Source: a bacterium
GTDB taxonomy: Bacteria; Desulfobacterota; Binatia; HRBIN30; CADEER01
DNA: 64,000 nt
Assembly: GCA_019637795.1 (NCBI GenBank)
Contig: JAHBUY010000006.1
Span: 114,330 to 178,329, forward strand
Reading direction: 5' to 3'
Below the pieces are notes generated by a model. It made no database searches and had not been told where the DNA came from. It saw only the letters and a program-made list of their open reading frames with translations. Of this stretch, positions 18,992 to 29,700 are shown piece after piece; position 1 is the first letter of the stretch; each line of letters opens with the position of its first letter. Made by a program: the position numbers and the translations under genes.

Positions 18992-19483
18992 CTACTTCTT
19001 CTTCTCGTCCTTCGGCTTGCGGAACTGATCGTGGCAGCTCTTGCAGGTCGCGAACATCTTCTTGACCTTTCCCTTGAGGTCCTCGTCGTCCTCGGCGCCG
19101 GCCGCGGCGGAGACCTTCTGGGCCTGATCCTCGAGCTGCTTCGCCAGCTTCACGAACTCGTCCCAGTTCTCCCAGATCTTCGGCAGGGCGCGGGAATTGG
19201 GATCGGTACTGCCCTTCGGGAAGAGGTCCGGAATCCGGTGCGCGTCCATCGCGATGGTCGTGCCGGCGCGTTGAATGATCGAGGTGTCGAAGCCTTCGGA
19301 GCCGACGTTGAAGGCGTTGTTGATGTTCTCCGCCTGGTCGCCGATCTCTTCCATCAGCTCGTGCCGTTCGCGAATCGGCCCCGGCGGCAGCTTGTTGGTG
19401 ATGTCGTCCGCTCGCACCTCTGCCGACCACGTCGCCAGCATTCCGGTGGCCAGGAAGGCCACCACCCTCGCCGTCCTACGCAT
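18992..19483 (-). CDS. cytochrome c' (class II c-type cytochrome) precursor
   Basis: C-terminal CKSCH heme site in a helical ~140 aa mature protein with a signal peptide; GGAGGG RBS before the ATG at 19483. This is the C-terminal 163 aa of track ORF 18992..20305. Confidence 0.75.
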   Translation of the reverse strand: MRRTARVVAFLATGMLATWSAEVRADDITNKLPPGPIRERHELMEEIGDQAENINNAFNVGSEGFDTSIIQRAGTTIAMDAHRIPDLFPKGSTDPNSRALPKIWENWDEFVKLAKQLEDQAQKVSAAAGAEDDEDLKGKVKKMFATCKSCHDQFRKPKDEKKK

Positions 19484-19542
19484 CGATCCCTCCTTGTCGA
19501 CGGTTGCCCGAGCCGGCGGCGCGGGCGCCGGCCCCACCGGCC

Positions 19543-20464
19543 TCAGTCCCTCACCTGATGCCGCACCGGCGGCACGCTTTTCATGTATTTCGCGAGCGAG
19601 CGCAACTCGAATTCGGGCGCGTGCGAGTAGCCGGGACCGCCGCCGTAGCCGTCGACCACCTCGCCCATCATCCCCTGGACATTGTCGGCGTTGGGCAGCA
19701 TGCCGGTCTGCAGCACCTCGAGGAAGGCGCCCTCGCGCCACTTGCCGAGGCCGGTCTCGCTGTCGGAGGTGATGTTGGGCACCGGCTTGCCGTCCGGGCC
19801 GGCGTCGGTGCCCGCCAGGTACATGCCGTCGACGAAGGCGCCGAAGCGGGTGCGCGGCGTGTGGCAGTCGCCGCAGATCGACACGTGCTCGGCCAGGTAG
19901 CGGCCGCGCGCTGTGGGATCGGTCGGCGTCTCGGCCGGCGGCGTGATGCGCGGCGCGAACAGCCAGCGCCAGGCGCGATAGGCGAGGCGCGGCAGCGGCA
20001 GCGACACCTCGGCGTCGCGGTTCTGCCGCCGCACCGGCGGCAGCGTCCGCAGATAGGCGACCAGCGCCCGCGCGTCGGCGTCGGACATCCCGGCGTACTG
20101 GTAGTACGGCATCACCGGCGCCTCGACGCCCTTGCCGCGCGCATAGCCCTCGCGGATGGCGGCGATGATCTCCTCGTCCGTCCAGTCGCCGATCCCGGTC
20201 TCGCGGTCCGGGGTGATGTTGGTGCCGTAGAACGTGCCGAACGGCGTCGCGATCTCGCGCCCGCCGCCACCGACCGTGCCGTCGGCCACGTTGTGACAGC
20301 CGCACCCGGCGGCCAGCGCGAAGACGGCCTTGCCGCGCTCGACATCGCCGTCGGCGAGCGCCGGCAGCGCCAGCAGCAGCAGCGCGACGTTGCCCAGCAC
20401 GGCGCGAACGCGCGCGGACCCCACCGCGTCGCGGAGCGCGCCGTGTCGCGGTGGTGGCGATGGG

Positions 20465-20472
<8 letters not shown>
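19543..20472 (-). CDS. di-heme c-type cytochrome
   Basis: Two CxxCH sites (CGCH, CGDCH). N-terminal hydrophobic segment after an Arg-rich n-region; the exact start is uncertain because the track ORF start overlaps the ychF stop by 8 nt. Confidence 0.7.
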
Positions 20473-21508
<1,036 letters not shown>

Positions 21509-21521
21509 CGCCGACGGAGGG

Positions 21522-21971
21522 TCAGTACACCCACTCGCCCTTGGTGTAGCGGAAGATCTCGGTCACCTCGGTCGCCTCGACGATGGTCGGCTTGGCGGCC
21601 AGCGCGGCATCCTGGGAGGAACCGGCCGACTCGTAGAGGTATTCCTTGTAGACGATCGTCGCGACCGGCGTCCCGTTCGAGGAGCGCTCCTTGAGGGTGC
21701 AGTCGTAGTCGGCGCTGTAGCCGACGTATTGGCCCTTCACGTTGCCGCCGCTGTTCTGCCATTTGACGCCGCGCTTGTTGTCGCGTTCGCGGGTCTCGAG
21801 GAACCCCATCCATTTCTTGCAGAACGCCTTGAGATCGTCGGCGATCTTCTCGTCGGACTCGGTCGGCGCACCCGACGCCGGCTTGGCGGCCGCCTTCTTC
21901 GCCCCGGCCGCGTGCGCGGCCGGCACGGCGACGACCAGCACCGCCGCAATCCCCAACACGACTCTCCGCAT
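21522..21971 (-). CDS. small secreted hypothetical protein
   Basis: GGAGG RBS plus ATG at 21971; signal peptide MRRVVLGIAAVLVVAVPAAHA; lower GC than its surroundings. C-terminal 149 aa of track ORF 21522..23249. Confidence 0.55.
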   Translation of the reverse strand: MRRVVLGIAAVLVVAVPAAHAAGAKKAAAKPASGAPTESDEKIADDLKAFCKKWMGFLETRERDNKRGVKWQNSGGNVKGQYVGYSADYDCTLKERSSNGTPVATIVYKEYLYESAGSSQDAALAAKPTIVEATEVTEIFRYTKGEWVY

Positions 21972-22072
21972 GTGAATCCTCCCGGCGCCGCCCGCCGCCG
22001 GGTGTGCGGCGCAGCGAAACAGCCGCGTCCTACAACGAATCCGCGAAGCGGTAAAGCAAGGTGGGCCGGCGT

Positions 22073-22903
22073 TCAGTGGTCGTTCGCGCTCCCCGAAGCC
22101 CCGCCGTGGGCGGGATGGCCGGGCGGGACGACGAACGGTCGGCTGGCGCGCGACGGCATGATGCCGTGGCGCTGGCGCAGCTCGACCATGCCGACGTTGT
22201 GGCCGGTGTAGTGCGGCGGCTGGCGCAGCATCCAGAGGATGCCCTCGGCCGGCACGGCGGTCGGCTCCCAGTCGCCGTGGTCGAGGTCCGGCAGGTTGGC
22301 GACGAACCCCTCCGAGGCGACGGGCACGTCGATGCGGAAGGTGTTGACCGCGACGCCGAAGGGCCGCAGTTGCTCGGCGCAGTCGACGCTCATGCGCTCC
22401 ATCGCCGCCTTCGACATGCCATAGGCCATCAGACCGGAGACCGGGAAGAGCGCCGCCGCCGAGGAGACGTTGATGATCGCGCCCTCGCGCCGCGCCCGCA
22501 TGCCGTCGGCGACGAGCTGCGTCGCCTGCAGCGCCGCCCGCAGGTTCACCGCCATGATGAGGTCCCAGCGCTTCATCGGCAGCGCCAGATCGCCGGGGAA
22601 GGTGACAGCGGCGTTGTTCACCAGGATGTCGATGCGGCCGAAGCGCGCCAGCGTCGCCGCCACCATGCGCTCCACCTGCTCGGGGTCGGCGAGGTTGGTC
22701 GGCACCGCCAGCCCGCGCCGGCCGGTCGCCGCGACGGCGCGCACCGTCTCGTCGATCGTCCCCGGCAGCGGCAGCGGCGCGCCGTCGGTGGCGCGCGCGG
22801 CGCAGGCGACATCGGCGCCGGCCGCGGCCAACGCGACCGCCACCGCCCGCCCGACGCCGCGGCTGGCTCCGGTCACCAACGCCACTTTTCCTGCGATCTC
22901 CAT
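22073..22903 (-). CDS. short-chain dehydrogenase/reductase (SDR)
   Basis: Starts MEIAGKVALVTGASRGVGRA (TGxxxGxG); YGMSKAA catalytic YxxxK. Trimmed from track ORF 22073..23284. Confidence 0.8.
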   Translation of the reverse strand: MEIAGKVALVTGASRGVGRAVAVALAAAGADVACAARATDGAPLPLPGTIDETVRAVAATGRRGLAVPTNLADPEQVERMVAATLARFGRIDILVNNAAVTFPGDLALPMKRWDLIMAVNLRAALQATQLVADGMRARREGAIINVSSAAALFPVSGLMAYGMSKAAMERMSVDCAEQLRPFGVAVNTFRIDVPVASEGFVANLPDLDHGDWEPTAVPAEGILWMLRQPPHYTGHNVGMVELRQRHGIMPSRASRPFVVPPGHPAHGGASGSANDH

Positions 22904-23031
22904 TGCGCCCCCGATCGGCTGCCGGCCGCGGCCGGCAGCGGCGCCCTGCTGTCGCACCTGGCGCCGGCGCCGCGCAAGCGCGCGGCGAGCGCGCCCGGTC
23001 GACCGGCGAAGGAAGCGGGACGGCGGAATCG

Positions 23032-23448
23032 TCAGGCGGCGGCGGGACGGCGCGGCAGGGGCGTCGCCCGCCGCGGCACGTCGCCGGCGAGGACGCGCCG
23101 CACCAGCGACGGCAGGCGATCGAGCGCCTCCTTGGCGATGACGCCGGCGATGCCCATCCGGTCGCCGATCTCGTCGACCTCCCGCCAGCGGCTCGAGAGC
23201 ACGACCACCGGCGTGCGCGGCAGCGCGTCGTGCACGGCCGCGACGACATCGGGGAGACTCAGCATCGGAGAGAGTCCGTCGCACAGCACCAGATCCCAGG
23301 CGGACCGCGCCAGCGCTTCGCCGAGCTGCCGCGGCGTCTCGACGCGCACCGGATGCGGGTCGAGGCCGGCGCGCCGCAGCATGCGCATCGCGAGGAACGC
23401 GTCGTCGTCGTTGCGATCGATGATCAGCACGTCGAGCCTGTCCGCCAT
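23032..23448 (-). CDS. single-domain response regulator (CheY-like receiver)
   Basis: DVLIIDRNDDD acidic pocket ...LVLCDGLSP phospho-acceptor Asp ... K. 138 aa from the ATG at 23448; trimmed from track ORF 23032..24471. Confidence 0.7.
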   Translation of the reverse strand: MADRLDVLIIDRNDDDAFLAMRMLRRAGLDPHPVRVETPRQLGEALARSAWDLVLCDGLSPMLSLPDVVAAVHDALPRTPVVVLSSRWREVDEIGDRMGIAGVIAKEALDRLPSLVRRVLAGDVPRRATPLPRRPAAA

Positions 23449-23640
23449 GGCATGCCCTCTGCCGTAGCGTGCACCCACGGCGGCGTCGCCGTCCATTGGG
23501 AACATCCCGCGGTGCGCTAAGGGTTTTTCCCTAGGCAGTACGCATGCGTCGCGGCTCCGAGCGGGCGTCCCGAGGGTCGTTTGCCTCACCTCGCGGGGTT
23601 GGGCAGTGTCGGGTGATCCGACCAGACCGGAGGTTCCGCC

Positions 23641-24384
23641 GTGATGTCGCCCGCCCGTCCCGCGCTGCTCGCGCTCGTATCCCTGTGGCTGCTCGCCGCG
23701 CCGGCCGCGGCGCGAATCGGCGGCATCGTCGGCTTCTCGGACATCGGCTGCACCGACTGCCACGACGCCCAGGGCGCGCCGACCCCGGGCATCGCCATCA
23801 TCGGTCCCACGGCCGTCGAACCGGGGGCGCACGTGCCCTACCAGCTCGTGGTGACCAGCATGGGCCCGTCGCAGCTCGGCGCCGGCTTCAACTTCGCCGC
23901 CTCGGCCGGCGACGTGGCGGTCGGCGACGACCCGGGCGTGCGGCGGGCCGAGAATCGCGAGCAGGGTCGCTTCGAGCTCACCCATACCGGCCCACGCGAG
24001 AACGACGGCAACGGCCAGGCGACGTGGTCGTTCATCTGGATTGCTCCCGATACACCCGGCGACTACGCCCTGTTCGCCGCCGGCAACAGCGTCAACCTGA
24101 ACAACGAGTCGACCGGCGACGCCTCCAACATCACCGTCCTCATGGTGCGGGTCGGCGCCGACCAGCCGACGCCGACGCCGACCGTCACCCCCCTCCCCGC
24201 CGCCTGCGCCGGCGACTGCAACGGCGACGGGACCGTCGCCATCAACGAGCTGATCAGCGGCGTCAACATCGCCCTCGGCTCGGCCGCGGTCGGCACCTGC
24301 GCGGCGGTCGACGCCAACGGCGACGGCAGCGTCGCCATCAACGAGCTCATCGCCGCCGTCAGCAAGGCCCTGAGCGGCTGCTGA
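23641..24384 (+). CDS. secreted protein with an N-terminal CxxCH motif and a C-terminal Cys-bracketed dockerin-like double repeat
   Basis: Signal peptide; GCTDCHD; C-terminal CAGDCNGDGTVAINELISGVNIALG...CAAVDANGDGSVAINELIAAVSKALSGC, about 60% identical to the N-terminal module of the 3632..6577 protein. Confidence 0.7.
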   Translation: MMSPARPALLALVSLWLLAAPAAARIGGIVGFSDIGCTDCHDAQGAPTPGIAIIGPTAVEPGAHVPYQLVVTSMGPSQLGAGFNFAASAGDVAVGDDPGVRRAENREQGRFELTHTGPRENDGNGQATWSFIWIAPDTPGDYALFAAGNSVNLNNESTGDASNITVLMVRVGADQPTPTPTVTPLPAACAGDCNGDGTVAINELISGVNIALGSAAVGTCAAVDANGDGSVAINELIAAVSKALSGC

Positions 24385-24510
24385 GCGGCGCCGCCACGCC
24401 GGCCGCGCCGCCCCGGGCCGGCGCAGGCGCCCGCCCCGCGCGCCTGCCCCTCGGTGTTCATTCGCGGCCATTTGTGTTCTGTGTGGGCGAATTTTTCCCA
24501 GGAGGGGTCC

Positions 24511-25272
24511 ATGAAGGTTGCAGGATCAGTGGCATTGGTGACCGGCGGCGCGTCCGGCCTCGGGCTGGCGACGGTGAAAGAGCTGCTCGCCGGCGGCGGC
24601 AAGGTGATGATCGTCGATCGACCGCAGTCGGACGGCGCGACGGTCGCGCGGGAGATCGGCGCCGCGTTCTCGCCCGCCGACGTGACCAGCGAGGGCGAGG
24701 TCCAGGCGGCGGTCGACGAGACCCTCAACCACTTCGGCGCCATCCACGTGAACGTCAACTGCGCCGGCACCGGGGCGGCGATGAAGACCACCGGCAAGGC
24801 AGGGCCGATGCCGCTCGAGATCTTCGCCAAGGTGATCGAGATCAACCTCATCGGCACGTTCAACGTGCTGCGCCTGTGCGCCACCGCGATGATGAAGAAC
24901 ACGCCGAACGAAGACGGCGAACGCGGCGTGATCATCAACACCGCCTCGGTCGCCGCCTACGACGGCCAGATCGGCCAGGCGGCCTACTCGGCATCGAAGG
25001 CCGGCGTCGTCGGCATGACCCTGCCGATCGCCCGCGACCTCGCCTCGATCGGCGTCCGCATCTGCACCATCGCGCCGGGCACGTTCGACACGCCGATGCT
25101 GGCGATGCTGCCCGATCCGGCGCGCAACGCGCTGGCGGCGCAGATCCCCTTCCCGTCGCGCCTCGGCAAGCCGCCGGAATTCGCCGCCCTCGCCCGTCAC
25201 ATCGTCGAGAACGCGATGCTGAACGGCGAGTCGATCCGCCTCGACGGCGCGCTGCGGATGCCGCCGAAGTAG
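24511..25272 (+). CDS. SDR, 3-hydroxyacyl-CoA dehydrogenase type II-like
   Basis: GGAGGGG RBS plus ATG at 24511; [11 protein letters not shown]; YSASKAG YxxxK. Confidence 0.8.
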   Translation: MKVAGSVALVTGGASGLGLATVKELLAGGGKVMIVDRPQSDGATVAREIGAAFSPADVTSEGEVQAAVDETLNHFGAIHVNVNCAGTGAAMKTTGKAGPMPLEIFAKVIEINLIGTFNVLRLCATAMMKNTPNEDGERGVIINTASVAAYDGQIGQAAYSASKAGVVGMTLPIARDLASIGVRICTIAPGTFDTPMLAMLPDPARNALAAQIPFPSRLGKPPEFAALARHIVENAMLNGESIRLDGALRMPPK

Positions 25273-25322
25273 TGGCCGACGCGCGGGAGGGCCGGCGCGC
25301 CGGCCCTCCCGCGCAGCCGCGC

Positions 25323-25835
25323 ATGGCCCGTCCCACCGCCGACGACGCCCCGCACGGCGGCCTGACGCCGCCGCGGGCGTTCGCGCTCCGCTTCTTCCTC
25401 TTCCTGGCGGCGGCGAGCGTGCTCTCGTGGGCGGTGACCCTGCCGGAGCGGCTCGGGCCGGCGCAGCGCGGGCTGGCGACCGCCGCCGCCTGGCTGGCCG
25501 GGCTCACCGGCGGCCGCGCGTCCGTCAACGCCGACGAGATCTCGGTCGGCGCGCTGCTGGTGCACATCAACTTCGAGTGCACCGGCGTGTACGTGCTGCT
25601 GATCCTCTTCGTCTTCCTGCTCGCCTATCCGGCCAGATGGCGCCAACGCCTGCTCGGCGCCGCCATCGGCCTGGTCGCGCTGCAGATCCTCAACGTCCTG
25701 CGCATCGCCTTCCTGGTGCGCGTCGCCGAGCTGCGGCCGGGGCTCTTCGACTCCATGCACGAGTACGTCTGGCAGGGCCTCTTCCTGGTGCTCACCGTCG
25801 CCTATGCGATGACCTGGGTCGAGCATTCGCAATGA
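25323..25835 (+). CDS. short exosortase/archaeosortase-family-like membrane protein (catalytic core only)
   Basis: FECTG (compare the exosortase ECSG Cys motif), NVLRIAF Arg 41 residues after the Cys, and a later HEYVWQG His. 170 aa, so it lacks the usual N-terminal TM bundle. C-terminal segment of track ORF 23544..25835. Confidence 0.5.
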   Translation: MARPTADDAPHGGLTPPRAFALRFFLFLAAASVLSWAVTLPERLGPAQRGLATAAAWLAGLTGGRASVNADEISVGALLVHINFECTGVYVLLILFVFLLAYPARWRQRLLGAAIGLVALQILNVLRIAFLVRVAELRPGLFDSMHEYVWQGLFLVLTVAYAMTWVEHSQ

Positions 25836-26365
25836 TCGGCCGCGCCGGCTTCGTCGCCCGCTTCCTGCTGGTCTTCGCCGTGCTGGTCGCGCTCGGCTGG
25901 CTCACGGCGGCGCCGCGCGCCTACGCGACGGCGCTGCGCGTCGCCGCCGCGCTCGCCTGTCCGCTGCTCAACGGCTGGACGCTCGAGGACCGCACCGTCA
26001 GCGGCGGCCGGCAGGAGATCCATTTCCGCCGCGGCAACGACCAACTCCGACTCGCGCTCGGCCTCGACCAACTGGCGCTCGGCCTGCTGCCGCTGTTGGC
26101 GCTGCTCGGCGCCACGCCCGGTCTCGGCGTCCGCCGCGTCGCCACCAGCGCCGCCATCGGCGGCGCGGCGCTGTTCGCCCTCGACCTGCTGATCCTCGTC
26201 TCCTACCCGTGGCTGGTCGGCGCCCCCAGCGCCCTCACCGACATCCTCGGCACCTTCCTCGGCCTGCTCACCTTCGTCGGCGGGCCCGTCATCCTCTGGT
26301 TCGTCCTCACCTACGGCCACCTGCGCGACGTCTGGAAGCTCGACCGGCGTCGCGTTGCCCGGTGA
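25832..26365 (+). CDS. hypothetical membrane protein translationally coupled to the exosortase-like gene
   Basis: ATG at 25832 overlaps the upstream TGA (ATGA); about 4 hydrophobic helices. Trimmed from track ORF 25427..26365. Confidence 0.5.
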   Translation: MIGRAGFVARFLLVFAVLVALGWLTAAPRAYATALRVAAALACPLLNGWTLEDRTVSGGRQEIHFRRGNDQLRLALGLDQLALGLLPLLALLGATPGLGVRRVATSAAIGGAALFALDLLILVSYPWLVGAPSALTDILGTFLGLLTFVGGPVILWFVLTYGHLRDVWKLDRRRVAR

Positions 26366-26388
26366 GCCCGACGCGCTACGATCGCGCC

Positions 26389-26766
26389 ATGGATCCCACC
26401 GAGCGCTCCGCGCTGCTCGACGCCGTCGACCGCTACAACCGCGGCGACTACCTCGTCGCCCAGGAGGCGCTCGAGTCGCTCTTCAACCGCCTGCCCGGCG
26501 ACGATCAACCGCTGGTGCGCGCGCTGATGACGATGGCGACCGCCATGCACCTGCACTTCCGCCGCGGCGGCGGCCGCGGCGTCCTCAACCTGCTGCGCCA
26601 GGCGATGGTGACCCTCGACGAGATCGGCCCCGAGCGCGAGGGCGTCGCCACCGGCGAGCTCTTCGAAGCCGCGCAGGCCTACCTGCAGGAGCTCGAGGGC
26701 CGGCGGAAGCCGGGCGCCGGCTTCTTCGACCGCTGGCTGGCACCGAAGATCCGCTATCGCTACTAG
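26389..26766 (+). CDS. DUF309-family protein
   Basis: RYNRGDYLVAQEALESLF...MHLHFRRGGGRGVLNLLRQA matches the DUF309 pattern. Confidence 0.6.
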   Translation: MDPTERSALLDAVDRYNRGDYLVAQEALESLFNRLPGDDQPLVRALMTMATAMHLHFRRGGGRGVLNLLRQAMVTLDEIGPEREGVATGELFEAAQAYLQELEGRRKPGAGFFDRWLAPKIRYRY

Positions 26767-26799
26767 GAAGCCGTCGTTCCCCTGCACGCGAAGGAACAG

Positions 26800-29700
26800 G
26801 TGATGCCGGACGCCGCCCGCTATCGAACCCTGGACGCGAACGAGGCGGTGGCCGACGTCGCCTACCGGCTGAGCGAAGTGGCGGCGATCTACCCCATCAC
26901 CCCGGCCTCGGTGATGGGCGAGCACGTCGACGCCTGGGCGGCGGACGGGCGGCCGAACCTGTGGGGCGGCGTCCCCGAGGTGGTCGAGATGCAGTCCGAG
27001 GCCGGCGTCGCCGGCGCGGTGCACGGGGCGCTGCAGGCCGGCGCCCTGGCGACCACCTTCACCGCCTCGCAGGGCCTGCTGCTCATGCTCCCCGATCTCT
27101 TCCGGATCGCCGGCGAGCTGACGCCGTTCTGCATGCACGTCGCGGCGCGGGCGCTGGCGACGCACGCGCTGTCGATCTTCGGCGACCACTCCGACGTCAT
27201 GGCCGCGCGCAGCACCGGCATGGCGCTGCTCTGCTCCGGCTCGGCGCAGGAGGCGCAGGACCTGGCGGCGATCGGGCACGCGGTCACCCTGCCGGCGCGG
27301 CTGCCGGTGCTGCACTTCTTCGACGGCTTCCGCACCTCGCACGAGATCACCAAGGTCGCGCCGTTGAGCGACGACGATCTGCGCGCGCTGCTCGACGAGG
27401 ACGCGATCCAGGCCCACCGCGCCCGGGCGCTCGATCCCGACCGCCCGGTGATCCGCGGCACGGCGCAGAACGCGGACGCCTTCTTCCAATCGCGCGAGGC
27501 GAGCGAGCCCTTCTACGCCGCGTTCCCGGCCGCGCTCGAGCGGATGATGCACCGCTTCGCCGCCCGCACCGGCCGCGCCTACCGGCTCTTCGACTACGCC
27601 GGTCATCCCGACGCCGAGGCGGTCATCGTCATGATGGGCTCCGGCGCCGAGTGCGCGCACGAGACCGTCGAGCACCTGCAGCGGCGCGGCGAGCGCGTCG
27701 GCGTCGTCAAGGTGCGGCTCTTCCGCCCCTTCTCGGCCGCGCACCTGCTGCGCGCGCTGCCGGCCTCGGCGCGCGTCGTCACCGTGCTCGATCGCACCAA
27801 GGAGCCGGGCTCCTCGGGCGAGCCCCTGCTGCAGGAGGTGACCTCGGCGCTGGTGGAGGCGGCGGCCGACGGCCGACGCCCCGCCCTGCCCCGCCTGCTC
27901 GGCGGCCGCTACGGCCTGGCGTCGAAGGAGCTCACGCCGGCGATGCTGCAGGCGGTGTTCGACAACATGCGCGCCGCGGCGCCGCGGCCCCGCTTCACGA
28001 TCGGCATCCGCGACGACGTCTCGGGCTCGTCGCTGCCGTTCGACGCCGGCCTCGACATCGAGCCCGACGACGTCTCGCGGGCGCTGTTCTTCGGCCTCGG
28101 CTCGGACGGCACGGTGTCGGCGAACAAGGCGAGCATCAAGATCATCGGCGAGGAGACGCCGCTCTTCGCCCAGGGCCACTTCGAGTACGACTCGCGCAAG
28201 TCGGGCGCGACCACCGTGTCGCACCTGCGCTTCGGGCCGCGGCCGATCCGCTCGACCTACCGCATCCAGCGCGCCCACTTCGTCGCCATCCACGACCCCG
28301 AGTTCCTCGAGCGCCGCGACGTGCTGGCCGCGGCACTGCCCGGCGCCACCGTGCTGCTGAACAGCTCGGCGGCGCGCGCGGCGGTGTGGGACTCGCTGCC
28401 GCGCGAGGCCCAGGAGCAGTTGATCGCGAAGGGCTGCCGGCTGTTCGTCATCGACGGCTACGGCGTCGCCGAGCGCGCCGGCCTCGGCCGGCGGGTCAAC
28501 ACCGTGATGCAGATCTGCTTCTTCGCCCTCGCCGGGGTGCTGCCGATCGACGCGGCGAAGGCGCACGTCCGCCGCGCCATCGAGGACACCTGGGGGCGGC
28601 GCGGCCCCGAGGTCGTGCGCCGCAACCTGGCGGCGCTCGACGCCGCGCTGGCGGCGCTGACCGAAGTGGAGCTGCCCGCGGCGCCGTCGCACGCCCGCCG
28701 CCGCCCGCCCGCGGTCCCGCCGCACGCCCCCGACTTCGTGCAGCGGGTGACCCGCCTGCTGATCGAGGGCCGCGGCGACGAGCTGCCGGTGAGCGCCTTC
28801 CCGCCCGACGGCACCTGGCCGACCGGCACCAGTCAGTTCGAGAAGCGCACCCTGGCGCTCGACATCCCGATCTGGCAGCCGGGCCTCTGCGTGCAGTGCA
28901 ACTTCTGCTCGATGATCTGTCCGCACGCCGCCATCCAGACGCTGGTCTTCGACGAGGCCCAGCTCGCCGGCGCGCCGCCGGGCTTCCGTTCGCTGCCGGA
29001 GACGTTCGAGCCGGCGCTCGCCGGCCGGCGCTTCACGGTCCAGGTCGCGCCCGAGGACTGCACCGGCTGCGGCCTCTGCGTCGAGGTGTGCCCGGCCAAG
29101 GACAAGCGGCAGCCGCGCCGCAAGGCGCTGGTGCCGGGATCGCTCGCCGAACACCGCGACGAGGAGCGGGCCGCGTTCGCCTTCTTCCGCACCCTGCGCT
29201 CGGCGCCGCTCGACGATCTGCCGGTGACCCGCCGCACCGCCGCCTACCGCCCGCCCCTGTTCGAGTTCTCCGGCGCCTGCGCCGGCTGCGGCGAGACGCC
29301 GTACATCCGGCTGCTGACCCAGCTCTTCGGCGACCACCTGCTGATCGCCAACGCCACCGGCTGCTCGTCGATCTACGGCGGCAACCTGCCGACGACGCCC
29401 TACACGACCAACCGCGACGGCCGCGGCCCGGCGTGGGCGAGCTCGCTCTTCGAGGACAACGCCGAATTCGGCTTCGGCATGCGCCTGGCGCTCGACGTGC
29501 GCGCCGAGCGGGCGCGCCGGCTGGTGCAGGCGCTGGCGCCGCGGCTGCCGGCGGCGCTGGTCGCCGATCTGCTCGCCGCCGGCGCCGGCGACGCCTGGCT
29601 GGCCGCGCAGCGGGCGCGCGTCGCCGAGCTCGGCGCCCTCCTCGAACGCGACGGCTCGGCCGAGGCGCGCGCCCTCGCCGAGCTCGCCGCGGCGCTGGTG

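Noticed and set aside
17113-19065. 650-aa + strand ORF antisense to the M1 peptidase
   Set aside because: The peptidase frame has HExxH...E. The antisense translation has no features.
18992-20305. N-terminal 274 codons of the 437-aa ORF upstream of the cytochrome c' start
   Set aside because: The real start is the ATG at 19483, preceded by GGAGGG. The upstream part overlaps the di-heme cytochrome gene in another frame.
23544-25835. 763-aa + strand ORF
   Set aside because: It runs in the wrong frame through the dockerin/CxxCH gene and the SDR gene. Only its last 170 codons (25323..25835) look like a real, exosortase-like protein.
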